42,412 bases of DNA from Terracidiphilus sp. (GTDB lineage Bacteria; Acidobacteriota; Terriglobia; Terriglobales; Acidobacteriaceae): NCBI GenBank assembly GCA_049522735.1, contig JBEKNO010000001.1:1-42412 (forward strand), read 5' to 3'. How positions within the stretch are numbered: the stretch's first letter is position 1; each line of letters opens with the position of its first letter. The notes beneath the pieces are model-generated. The model was not told where the DNA came from. It saw nothing but the letters and a program-made list of their open reading frames with translations, and did not search any database. A program made the translations under genes and the position numbers. Of this stretch, positions 17,478 through 26,227 are shown piece by piece.

Positions 17478-18050
17478 TGAAGGGTACGGGCTTTAGCCCG
17501 TACGTTAAGGGCCAGAAGAAGAAGTGGGCTTTAGCCTCTGAGGGAACTCTTTGTCTGGAAACCCCGTGAACTCATAGAGAACAGCATCCGGCACTAGTCT
17601 TGCATCAACGGGATTTTGGCGAATGTATTTCAGGTGCCTCCGCCAGTCTTCTTCATCCCGAATACGGTGATCGGTAAAGCCTTGTTGCCAAATTTCTCCA
17701 GCCCATTCCAACTCTCGCTTGGCGCGAAACGAAAATCCACCTATGATCAGTTGGACCGATTTCTCGATTGTCTCAAATGGGGTGATGAGCAAATGCAGAT
17801 GATCGGGCATCACCACATAGGCATGGAGCTTGTATCCGGTCCCCTCATAGTGGTTGATTGTGGAAAGAATCAGTCGTGCCCAACGCTCGTGACGAAAGAA
17901 AGGTCTGCGCCCCGCTGTCTGCGTGGAGACGAAATAGGCGAATTCATTGCTCCGAATTGTTTCCCGCCCGGGACGCATCCTATTCCCTCAGGGGCTAAAG
18001 CCCGCGCCTTTGAGTCTTGTTGATGTACGGGCTGAAGCCCGTACCCTTCA
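17478..18050. mobile_element. REPtron: RAYT gene bounded by inverted REP doublets
   Basis: Left tgaagggtacgggctttagcccgtac..gggctttagcctctgagggaa (17478-17546); right ttccctcaggggctaaagccc..gtacgggctgaagcccgtacccttca (17983-18050). Confidence 0.9.
17505..17978 (-). CDS. rayT: REP-associated tyrosine transposase (Y1 HUH)
   Basis: YFVST, YVVMPDHLHLL (HUH), IWQQGFTDHRIRD, YIRQNPV. Confidence 0.93.
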   Translation of the reverse strand: MRPGRETIRSNEFAYFVSTQTAGRRPFFRHERWARLILSTINHYEGTGYKLHAYVVMPDHLHLLITPFETIEKSVQLIIGGFSFRAKRELEWAGEIWQQGFTDHRIRDEEDWRRHLKYIRQNPVDARLVPDAVLYEFTGFPDKEFPQRLKPTSSSGP

Positions 18051-18088
18051 CCGCAGCAGCCATTCCGCCGCCCCGGAGGCCTTTTAAA

Positions 18089-19030
18089 TCACCCAACCAC
18101 CCGCGCCCATCCCATACGCGCCAGCCCCACGGCCAGAACCCCCAGCTTCTCCACCATGGGCACACTCGCCCGGCGCGAAAACACATCGTAATCCGCCCGC
18201 TCAATCCGCTTGAGCAACCCATGATAGATCGCGACCAGCACCCACAGCGCGGGCTGGCTCTCCCGGTCGATCAGCGGCAGCAAGACCTGTGCCGACCGGT
18301 AATAGCCTTCCGCGCGCCGAGCAATCTCCGCGAGCAGCGCGCGCTCATGCTCCGTTGGCGGCGCGCCGGCGGCGCGGTGCAGCAGAGAATCCAGGGCAAG
18401 GCCGTGCGCCGCCAAATCCTCCAGCGGCAGATAGACGCGGTTGCGCTCCGCATCCTCGGCTACGTCGCGCAAAATGTTGGTGAGTTGGAAGGCGATGCCT
18501 GTCTCCTCGGCCAGTTTCTCCGCCCTTGGGTCTGTGTAGCCGAAGATGCGAATGCACACCAGCCCCACCACCGAGGCCACCAGGTAGCAGTACCGGTAGA
18601 GATCGGCGAAAGTGGCATAGGTATCCGGCTCATCGCCGGACGACTTCTTCAGATCCATCGTCACTCCGGCCACCAGTTCATCCAGCAGCCCGAGTGGAAT
18701 CCCGAACCGCTCTGTCGCGTCGCGCACGGCCACGAAGACCGGATCAGCCGTTTCTCCGTCAGCACAAACGCCATGCCATTCGCCCAGCCAAGCGTCCAGC
18801 CGCATGCGGCGTTCTTCAATGGAGATGCTTTCGTCGTCGGCCAGATCGTCGGCCTGGCGCATGAAGGCATAGATGGCGCAGATGGCATTGCGCCGCGGCG
18901 AGGGCAGCGCGATAAAAGCGTAGTAGAAGTTCTTCGCCTTGCGCCTGGCAATCGCCCGGCACTCCGCGTAGGCTCCGTCCAACGTGAGCTTCTCCGGCGT
19001 ACGCCCGTCCAATGGATGATCGCGCCTCAA
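18089..19030 (-). CDS. hpnD: Presqualene diphosphate synthase
   Basis: KNFYYAF, YAFMRQADDLAD, YCYLVASVVG, AFQLTNILRDV.ED. Confidence 0.92.
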   Translation of the reverse strand: MRRDHPLDGRTPEKLTLDGAYAECRAIARRKAKNFYYAFIALPSPRRNAICAIYAFMRQADDLADDESISIEERRMRLDAWLGEWHGVCADGETADPVFVAVRDATERFGIPLGLLDELVAGVTMDLKKSSGDEPDTYATFADLYRYCYLVASVVGLVCIRIFGYTDPRAEKLAEETGIAFQLTNILRDVAEDAERNRVYLPLEDLAAHGLALDSLLHRAAGAPPTEHERALLAEIARRAEGYYRSAQVLLPLIDRESQPALWVLVAIYHGLLKRIERADYDVFSRRASVPMVEKLGVLAVGLARMGWARVVG

Positions 19031-20061
19031 TCCGCCTTCTCTGCGCGCCGCCCGCTCCTGCCGAGGCTCCAGAAGGGCAGCAGCCTGGCGCCCACGGCCC
19101 TCAGCGCAAGCCCGGCCTTGGTGCTCTTCGAGATCGCCGGCCGCGCGCTCAGCACGTCGTAGTCCCGCTTTTCGATGGCGCGCAGTATCTCCAGGCCGCC
19201 GCGGCTGAAAAGGTCCAGGTCCAGCGCCAGATCGCGGTTCACCATGCCGATCAGCGGCAGCCCTTCCTCGAAGCGGCCGCGCGCAAAATCGACCTCCAGG
19301 CGCATCAAGGCGCGAAACTCCGGCGTGGCGATTCCCCGCGCGATGGTCTCATCGCTCACCCCAAAGAACTCCATGTCCTGCTGGGGCAGATAAACGCGTC
19401 CACGGGCGTAGTCCTCGCGCACGTCCTGCCAGAAATTCGCCAGTTGCAGCGCCGAACAGGTCGCATCCGAAAGCCGGAAATGTTCCTCGTTGGCCTCGCC
19501 GCAGGCATAAAGCACCAGCCGGCCCACCGGATTGGCCGAATAACGGCAGTAGCCCAGCAGGTCCAGCATGGTGCCGTAGCGGGTAACGGTCTGGTCTTGG
19601 CGAAAGGCAGTGAGCAGGTCCGCAAACGGCTCCCTGGGGATAGAGCAGGCCCGAATCGTCTCCGCCAGCGCAACAAAAACTGGATGGCGCGCCCGGCCTT
19701 CGTAGCAGGCGTCCAGCTCGCGGCCCCAAAGCTCCAGCAGCGCCAGCGCCTGCGCTGTCGAGCCCACCTCGTCGCCCAGATCGTCGGAGATGCGGCAATA
19801 GGCGTAGATGGCGTGAAAATGCGGGCGCAGCGCCCTGGGCAGGAACCACGTGGCCACGTGAAAATTCTCGTAGTGCGATTCGGCCAGCCGTTTGCAATAA
19901 GCCCGCGCCTCGTCGAGCGTGGGCGCAACCTCGGGGATGCGATAGCTCTCCGGCAGCACGGCCCAGCCGCGTGCTATCAGCGCCTCTGTTTCCAACGCCT
20001 CCGCTTGCGCTTCCTTGCCCGCTTGTTCAGTCTGTTCGGTTTGTCCGGTTGCCACTGTCAT
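19027..20061 (-). CDS. hpnC: Hydroxysqualene synthase
   Basis: HYENFHVATWFLP, YAYCRISDDLGDE, AFRQDQ, YCRYSANPVGRLVL, LQLANFWQDV. Confidence 0.94.
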   Translation of the reverse strand: MTVATGQTEQTEQAGKEAQAEALETEALIARGWAVLPESYRIPEVAPTLDEARAYCKRLAESHYENFHVATWFLPRALRPHFHAIYAYCRISDDLGDEVGSTAQALALLELWGRELDACYEGRARHPVFVALAETIRACSIPREPFADLLTAFRQDQTVTRYGTMLDLLGYCRYSANPVGRLVLYACGEANEEHFRLSDATCSALQLANFWQDVREDYARGRVYLPQQDMEFFGVSDETIARGIATPEFRALMRLEVDFARGRFEEGLPLIGMVNRDLALDLDLFSRGGLEILRAIEKRDYDVLSARPAISKSTKAGLALRAVGARLLPFWSLGRSGRRAEKAD

Positions 20062-20070
20062 AGGTTCGCC

Positions 20071-21345
20071 TCAGGGCACAATGGCGGTTTTGATCTCGCT
20101 GCCCCGCTTCATCAGCTTCTCAAAGACGCGGTTAAGTTCGTATAGGTGGGCGTGGCCGGTAATGAACGCCTGCGCCTGGAACCGTCCCCCCGCAATCAGG
20201 TCCAGCGCCTTGCGGCAGATAGCCGGGGTGTGATGGAAGGTGGCGCGCAGCGTGATGTCGCTGTAGTGGATGCGATTGGTGTCCAAAGTCACATGCGTTC
20301 CCACCGCGCATCCGCCAAAAAAATTCACCGTGCCGCCCTTGCGCACCAGTTCCACCGCCTCCTGCCACGCCTCCGGCACGCCCACCGCCTCGATGGCGAT
20401 ATCCACGCCCCGATTCTTGGGCGTAAGCGCGCGCGTTTCAGCGATGGCCTTGCGAATGCTGGTTGTCTGCACCACGTGCGCGGCCCCCAACTGCCGCGCC
20501 GCCTCCACCTGGCCGTCGTGCTTCACGATGGCAATGGCTTCGTAGCCGGCCAGCGCGGCCACATGCAGAATCATCAGCCCCAGCGGGCCGCCGCCGATCA
20601 CGGCCACCATATCGCCGGGCCGCGGGCGCGAGTCTTCAAATCCGTGCACCGCGCAGGCCAGCGGCTCGGTCAGCGCCGCGTGCTCCAGCGGCACGTGCTG
20701 GGGAACTTTAAGCGTATTCTTGGCCACGATGCGGGACGGAACGCGGATGAACTCGGCATAGGCGCCGTTATTGAACATCAGGTCGTCGCAGAGGTTTTCC
20801 TGGCCGCGCCCGCAAAAATAGCACTGCCCGCAGGGCGCGGAGTTGAGCGCCACCACACGGTCGCCAGGAGCAAAATCCATCACTCCCTCGCCCGCCTCCA
20901 CAACCGTCCCCGCCTGCTCGTGGCCAAACAGCGCGGGAGGCACAATCATGCGCGCATGGTAGCCGCGCCGAAAGACCTTCAGATCCGTTCCGCAGGTGAG
21001 CGCCGCGCCCACGCGCACAACCAGCTCGCCCGTTTCAGCTTTAGGAATGGGAACCTGCTCGATGCGGACATCTTCTCGCCCATGGAGGACGGCGGCCTGC
21101 ATGGTGCCGCGCCCGTGGAGAAGCGCGTGCTCGACGGTCTTGCGGCCCAGGCTGACGGCGGATTCGACCGTCTGGCGGCCTTTGACGACCACCGTCTCGA
21201 CGGTATTCAGGCCGGCTTCGACGACCGTCTCGACGGTATCCAGGCCTCCCTCGACGACGTCCTCGACCTTCTTGCGGCCCTCTTCGACTACGGATTCTAC
21301 CGTCTTGCGGCCACGGAGGATCGCGTCTTTCACCGTGCTCGCCAT
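20071..21345 (-). CDS. Zn-dependent medium-chain dehydrogenase with an N-terminal 11-mer repeat extension
   Basis: CGTD, GHE, CGQCYFC..GQENLC, EPLAC, GGGPLG; ATG 21345 coupled by TGATG overlap, with AGGAGGA upstream. Confidence 0.92.
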   Translation of the reverse strand: MASTVKDAILRGRKTVESVVEEGRKKVEDVVEGGLDTVETVVEAGLNTVETVVVKGRQTVESAVSLGRKTVEHALLHGRGTMQAAVLHGREDVRIEQVPIPKAETGELVVRVGAALTCGTDLKVFRRGYHARMIVPPALFGHEQAGTVVEAGEGVMDFAPGDRVVALNSAPCGQCYFCGRGQENLCDDLMFNNGAYAEFIRVPSRIVAKNTLKVPQHVPLEHAALTEPLACAVHGFEDSRPRPGDMVAVIGGGPLGLMILHVAALAGYEAIAIVKHDGQVEAARQLGAAHVVQTTSIRKAIAETRALTPKNRGVDIAIEAVGVPEAWQEAVELVRKGGTVNFFGGCAVGTHVTLDTNRIHYSDITLRATFHHTPAICRKALDLIAGGRFQAQAFITGHAHLYELNRVFEKLMKRGSEIKTAIVP

Positions 21346-22475
21346 CAAGTTCCTCCTGCTCCAAGCACAGGCTCAATCATAATCTTCATGGAGCCGGCCT
21401 GGGGGTGCGAAGCGACCTCAATCGCTTTTGCCGCCTGCTCCAGGCCGAAGCGGTGCGAGATCAGTTGCGTCAAATCGAATCCGTTTCGATAGCCGCCGAA
21501 GACCAGCTCTTCAACCTCGGGCTGAATGGCCGCCGAGGCCGAGTAGGAACCAAGCAGAGTCTTCTCGTCCATGCAAACCGCGCCGGGGTCAATGGTCGCT
21601 TCCCCGTGCTGTGTCTGCGCAAAAAGCATCACCTTTCCGCCCGGCCGCGCCGCGTCCATCGCCGTACCAATCAGCGCATTGCCGCCCACGGCCAGAATCA
21701 CGGCGTCCGCGCCGCGTCCTTCAGTCGCGGCCAGAACGCGCTCCATCACGTTTTCAGTTTTCGCGTGGATGGGTTCATGCAGTCCGAACTTGGCCGCAAT
21801 GGCGTGGCGCTCGGGGTAAAGGTCTGAGGTCAGCACGCGTGCTCCGCTACGGCGCGAGAGCGCCGCCAGCATCACGCCGATGGGGCCCTGGCCGATCACC
21901 AGCACGGTCTCATCCGAGGCCAGATTCAGCAGCTTCACTGCCTTCAGAATGGTGTTCACCGGCTCGATAAAGGCCGCCTGCTCAAAGGGCACGCCGCCGG
22001 GAATCCGAACCACGCCGTGATTGGCGGCGATCCAGTCCATCACCCGAATGTACTCCGCAAAGCCGCCGCCGGAAGGCTCGAAGCCGGCGGTGACGCCCAC
22101 TTTCTTATAGACCGCGCATTGCGCAAAGGTCTGCTTGCGGCAGTAGTAGCACTCTCCGCACGGAATGTGATGGAAGACCATCACCCGCTCGCCAACCTTA
22201 AAACGGGAAACGCCCTCGCCTGCTTTCACGATGGTTCCGGCCATCTCATGGCCGAAGATGCGCGGCGCGGAGTGCGACCCGGTGTGAATCTTCTTGAGGT
22301 CGGTACCGCAGACGCCGCAGGTGGCTACCTTTACCAGCAGTTCCCCCGGCCCGACTGCGGGCACGGGCACCGTTTCCACGCGCAGGTCGTTCACGCCTCG
22401 ATAGACCACGGCCTGCATGGTGGCGGGAATCTTCGCCTCGATCTGGTTTTCAGCGCTTGAAATTTGGGTGGCCAT
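21345..22475 (-). CDS. Zn-dependent medium-chain (polyol-type) dehydrogenase
   Basis: GVCGTD, GHEMAG, CGECYYC..C, GQGPIG, ISHRF. Confidence 0.93.
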   Translation of the reverse strand: MATQISSAENQIEAKIPATMQAVVYRGVNDLRVETVPVPAVGPGELLVKVATCGVCGTDLKKIHTGSHSAPRIFGHEMAGTIVKAGEGVSRFKVGERVMVFHHIPCGECYYCRKQTFAQCAVYKKVGVTAGFEPSGGGFAEYIRVMDWIAANHGVVRIPGGVPFEQAAFIEPVNTILKAVKLLNLASDETVLVIGQGPIGVMLAALSRRSGARVLTSDLYPERHAIAAKFGLHEPIHAKTENVMERVLAATEGRGADAVILAVGGNALIGTAMDAARPGGKVMLFAQTQHGEATIDPGAVCMDEKTLLGSYSASAAIQPEVEELVFGGYRNGFDLTQLISHRFGLEQAAKAIEVASHPQAGSMKIMIEPVLGAGGT

Positions 22476-23337
22476 TGCGCTTGTCTGTGGAACCTAGTTC
22501 ATTTAGAACATCGAGCAGAGACCCCGCGATATTTCGGGCAGCCTTCCTGCTATTTTCGCCCATCCGCATCAGTCGCGGCCAGTACCACGGCCTCAAGCTG
22601 CAAAAAACCACGAACCGGCCCAGTTGAAACCGCCCATCCGGTGAAATAAATCTATTGAAATCAGGCAGTTGGTCTCTATAACCGTCGCTGATTCCCTTGA
22701 CGCAATAAAAAGGAATACCCCGCATCCGGGCCAGCCGCGCAACCCCCGCCGCCTCCATGTCCACCAGGCCAGTTCCATAGGCGGCCCTGAGACGCTGTTT
22801 TTCCTTGACGTCGGCGACTCGGGATCTGGTCACCAGCCAAATACCTGGGTGCCCCGCCAACAACTGAGACGGACCTAGGTGCCCCACCCTCGCGACGTCT
22901 TTGTCTTTGTCGCTAGGGTGGGAGTGAGCAGACTCCTCCTCCAGAACTGGGTGCCCCAGGTCTCGATTTTGAGACCTGGGAGAGCGATCACCTGAATCCT
23001 TAGCACCCCCTACCGCAAACCTCTCCCCCGTCCGCGCATCGATGACCCCGGAGACTCGGTAAGCCTGGCCTGCCGCAAACTCCTCGCTCAAGGCTCCCGC
23101 CCAGCCCGTCGAAATTGCCATCGAGATGGGGCCATCCCGCTCGACTTCGGCAAAAGCGCGCGTTGCCGCATCCACGCCGGCACCTGCACACGCCGCCACC
23201 CACTCGCCCACTTCCCCCTCGTCATCGAGAGAGTCCCAGCGCCACAGATCCACGCCCTCGCGGCGCTCGCGCTGCCAGCCGCACACCAGCGGCTTCAACT
23301 CGCCCGCCATCGCGGCAATGATCGCAACTCTATTCAT
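22450..23337 (-). CDS. hpnG: Hopanoid-associated nucleoside phosphorylase with a REP-derived internal insertion
   Basis: IIAAM..E, STGWAGAL, VDMEAAGVA, KGISDG (PNP/MTAN fold); hpn context. Confidence 0.85.
   Translation of the reverse strand: MNRVAIIAAMAGELKPLVCGWQRERREGVDLWRWDSLDDEGEVGEWVAACAGAGVDAATRAFAEVERDGPISMAISTGWAGALSEEFAAGQAYRVSGVIDARTGERFAVGGAKDSGDRSPRSQNRDLGHPVLEEESAHSHPSDKDKDVARVGHLGPSQLLAGHPGIWLVTRSRVADVKEKQRLRAAYGTGLVDMEAAGVARLARMRGIPFYCVKGISDGYRDQLPDFNRFISPDGRFQLGRFVVFCSLRPWYWPRLMRMGENSRKAARNIAGSLLDVLNELGSTDKRNGHPNFKR
22847..22981 (+). repeat. Three tandem REP units inside hpnG
   Basis: gggtgcccc head (22847); ggtgccccaccctcgcgac..gtcgctagggtggga (22878-22923); gggtgccccaggtctc..gagacctggga (22949-22981). 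Confidence 0.88.
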
Positions 23338-23358
23338 GCTGGGGCCTGCTCAACCTTA

Positions 23359-24348
23359 CTAAGGCGCATAGCCGTGGGCGCGGAACCACTCGATAGCGGC
23401 GCGCATGGCCGGGTAGATGGGCACTATGCGGAAGCCCAACTCCTGTTGCGCGTGGGCGCTGGAGGCGTACATCATTTTGCGCCCCATGCGCACCTCTTCA
23501 AGCGTGGCTCTCGGCTCGCGGCCGCGGATGCGTCCCGTGATCCATTCCTCGAAGAAGGCGTAGGTTGCGGCAACGGCATGGGGAATCCTCACTGTGGGAG
23601 ACGGAATCCCGGTAATGGCCGACATCTTGTCCAGAATCTGCTTGAGGGTCAGGTTTTCCCCGCCCAGGATATAGCGCCGGCCCGGAGCGCCTTTGGTCAG
23701 CGCAGTCACATGCGTCCGCGCCACCTCCGCCACATCCACCAGGTTCAGCCCGGTGTTCAGGTAAGCGGGAAATTTGCGGTTGAGAAAGTCCACAAAAATG
23801 CGCCCCGTGGGTGTGGGTTTCCGGTCGTTGGGGCCGATGGGCGTGGTGGGATTCAGAATCATTACCTTCTGGCCGCCCTCAGCCGCCGCAATAGCCTCCC
23901 GCTCGGCCAAAAACTTCGATCGCTTGTAATGGCCCACCATGTCGTCGAGAGAAACCGGCGTGTCCTCATTGATCACAATCCCATCTCTCCGGAAGTGCAT
24001 GGTGGCCACCGAGGAGGTGTAGACGAAGCGCGGCACGCCAGCCTCGCGCGCCATGCGCAGCAGCTCGCGCGTTCCATCCACGTTGACGTGGTACATGGCC
24101 TTGGGGTCGGGAATCCACAGCCGGTAGTCGGCGGCCACGTGAACCACGGCATCGCAGCCGGCCAGCGCGGGCCGGATCGATTCAGGCTGGGCCAGATCGC
24201 CCACGTGGGTCTCGCCCTTGATGCCTTCCAGGTTGCCCAGATTGCTTGTCTTGCGCACCAGAAGCCGTAGCGCAGCTCCCTCGGCGGCCAGCGCCCGCGC
24301 CACGTGGTGGCCTATAAATCCCGTCGAACCTGTAAGAAAGACTTTCAT
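23359..24348 (-). CDS. hpnA: Hopanoid-associated NAD-dependent epimerase/dehydratase
   Basis: TGSTGFIG, HVAADYRLW, YTSSVA, YKRSK, KPTPTG. Confidence 0.95.
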   Translation of the reverse strand: MKVFLTGSTGFIGHHVARALAAEGAALRLLVRKTSNLGNLEGIKGETHVGDLAQPESIRPALAGCDAVVHVAADYRLWIPDPKAMYHVNVDGTRELLRMAREAGVPRFVYTSSVATMHFRRDGIVINEDTPVSLDDMVGHYKRSKFLAEREAIAAAEGGQKVMILNPTTPIGPNDRKPTPTGRIFVDFLNRKFPAYLNTGLNLVDVAEVARTHVTALTKGAPGRRYILGGENLTLKQILDKMSAITGIPSPTVRIPHAVAATYAFFEEWITGRIRGREPRATLEEVRMGRKMMYASSAHAQQELGFRIVPIYPAMRAAIEWFRAHGYAP

Positions 24349-24531
24349 AGTGAGCGAGTCAGCTAGTCAGCGGGCCGACAAGTCAGCAGGCTTCTCGATC
24401 AATCTTATACTCTGCGTTTTGCCGGCATCGCGCGCAGTGTGGCAGCTTCAAATTCGGCGCGGCAGTTTGTCTTCAATTGAGCAGTTGCAGCAGATGCGCG
24501 CCAGCGCCGCTGACTTGCTGACTCGCTTACT
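24349..24531. repeat. Inverted octamer-array arms spanning the intergenic region
   Basis: agtgagcgagtcagctagtcagcgg (24349-24373) vs ccgctgacttgctgactcgcttact (24507-24531); 23/25 complementary. Confidence 0.85.
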
Positions 24532-24533
24532 TG

Positions 24534-24962
24534 CTATTCCAGCGCCTCGGGAACCAGTGCAATGTCCTTCTCGCCCACGGCCTTCTTCTCGTTGTAAGCC
24601 TTCACCCAATCCTCCCAGTGCTTGCCGGCGGCGCGATCCTTGCCGGTAAACTCGACGCGGGCGATATCGGCGTAGCCCACTTTGCGTTTCTCCGGCGAGC
24701 TCGGCGTGAAGTACTGCAAAAAGGATTCGGCCAGCGTGGGGCCGCTTTTGCAGTTAAAGATGAAAGCCTCGATGCGCTCGCCGTTCTTCAGCGTCAGCGT
24801 CACGTCGCCGCGATAGTCCAGGGCCTTGTCGAGGGCCTGGCGCAGATTCTCGTCGCTGGCCAGCTTTGGAACCCAGCCTTCAAGCTGCTCATGCTCAGCA
24901 CAGGGAGCCAGTTCCAGCGCTTCTACCTGCTCTAATGTGTACTTCTGGACTTCGGCGGTCAT
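24534..24962 (-). CDS. Hypothetical protein in the hpn operon
   Basis: Host-like codon usage from ATG 24962; DYRGDVTLTLKNGERIEAFIF; the longer ORF start runs through a REP and hpnH. Confidence 0.85.
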   Translation of the reverse strand: MTAEVQKYTLEQVEALELAPCAEHEQLEGWVPKLASDENLRQALDKALDYRGDVTLTLKNGERIEAFIFNCKSGPTLAESFLQYFTPSSPEKRKVGYADIARVEFTGKDRAAGKHWEDWVKAYNEKKAVGEKDIALVPEALE

Positions 24963-25000
24963 ACGTTTTTCCCTAAAAAATCTGATTGGCTTTTGTGGTT

Positions 25001-25041
25001 TCCCACCCTTTCGCCAGGAAAAAGGCGAAAGGATAGGGCAC
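25001..25041 (-). repeat. REP-like element
   Basis: tcccaccctttcgccaggaaaaaggcgaaaggatagggcac. Confidence 0.9.
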
Positions 25042-25062
25042 GGAGCTTCAGTGATATAGCTG

Positions 25063-26181
25063 TTATCGACTGGTTTCCGCCAAACTCGGCTCGGGCTCCG
25101 CAATCTGCACCAGCGGAACCCGTCCCTGCGGCATAGGCTCGTTGAGCAGCTTGAGCGCGTGCCGGTCGGGATAGTTCGAGAAGCTGCCGCGCACCATGGC
25201 CCAAAATCCTCGCAGCGACCCGAATCCATCCATCACCGCCGAGGGTTCATAGCCGCAACTCACCATGCAGTTGGCGCACTTGGGGTTCCCGCTGGCTACT
25301 CCGTAGTCCTCCCATTTGGTCGAGTTCATCAACTCATCGAAAGTCTCCGCGTAACCCTCCTGGAGCAGGTAGCAGGGCCTTTGCCAGCCGAAGATGTTAT
25401 ACGCGGGCGAGCCCCACGGCGTGCATTCGTACTTGCGGTCGCCCATCAGAAATTCCAGAAACAGCGGCGACATATTGAACTTCCACGACGGCTTGCGGTT
25501 GGAGAGAATGGCGCGAAAGAGCCTCCGCACGCGCGCGCGGCCCAGGAAGCGGTTTTGATCCGGCGCCTTGTCGTAGCTGTAGCCGGGCGAAAGCACAACC
25601 CCTTCCACGCCCATCTCCATCACCTCGTCAAAAAAGGCGCGGACGCTGTTGGGGTCGGCGCCATCGAAGAATGTGGCATTGGTGGTGACGCGGAAGCCGC
25701 GCTTGACGGCCTCCTTGATGCCCTCCACGGCGATGTCGTAGCCGCCCTCCCGGCAGACTGAAAAATCATGATGCTCGCGCTGCCCATCCAGGTGCACGGA
25801 GAAGGTCAGATACTTCGACGGCGTGAACTCCGGCAGCCGCCGCTTCAGCTCCAGCGCATTCGTGCACAGGTAGATGTACTTCCTGCGCGCAATGAGGCCG
25901 TTGACGATCTCCACGATCCGCGGGTGCAGGAGCGGCTCGCCGCCGGGCAGCGAAACCATGGGTGCGCCGCACTCCTCCACCGCGGCAAAACACTCCTCCG
26001 GCGAAAGCTGCTTCTTGAGAATGTGGGGCGGATACTGCACCTTGCCGCAGCCGGCGCAGGCCAGGTTGCAGCGGAAGAGCGGCTCCAGCATCAGCACCAG
26101 CGGATAGCGATTGCTGCCGGAAAGCTTCTTTTTCATCACATAGGTGGCAACCGTCCACATCTGGGAGATCGGAACAGCCAT
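25063..26181 (-). CDS. hpnH: Adenosyl-hopene transferase (radical SAM)
   Basis: YPLVLMLEPLFRCNLACAGCGK, CTPWG, PKCANCM..CGYE. Confidence 0.97.
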   Translation of the reverse strand: MAVPISQMWTVATYVMKKKLSGSNRYPLVLMLEPLFRCNLACAGCGKVQYPPHILKKQLSPEECFAAVEECGAPMVSLPGGEPLLHPRIVEIVNGLIARRKYIYLCTNALELKRRLPEFTPSKYLTFSVHLDGQREHHDFSVCREGGYDIAVEGIKEAVKRGFRVTTNATFFDGADPNSVRAFFDEVMEMGVEGVVLSPGYSYDKAPDQNRFLGRARVRRLFRAILSNRKPSWKFNMSPLFLEFLMGDRKYECTPWGSPAYNIFGWQRPCYLLQEGYAETFDELMNSTKWEDYGVASGNPKCANCMVSCGYEPSAVMDGFGSLRGFWAMVRGSFSNYPDRHALKLLNEPMPQGRVPLVQIAEPEPSLAETSR

Positions 26182-26227
26182 CTCGGGGTTAACCTCCAGC
26201 GCCGGTGGCGGCGCGTTACGTAAGTGC

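Noticed and set aside
21073-21336. 33-bp periodic repeats as a CRISPR array
   Set aside because: Degenerate in-frame coding repeats with no unique spacers; no cas genes
20146-21492. Long antisense or alternate-frame ORFs here and elsewhere (e.g. 4193-5296, 9703-11025, 33039-34307, 40591-41988)
   Set aside because: Shadows of high-GC genes, with no motifs and Arg/Pro/Ala-biased composition
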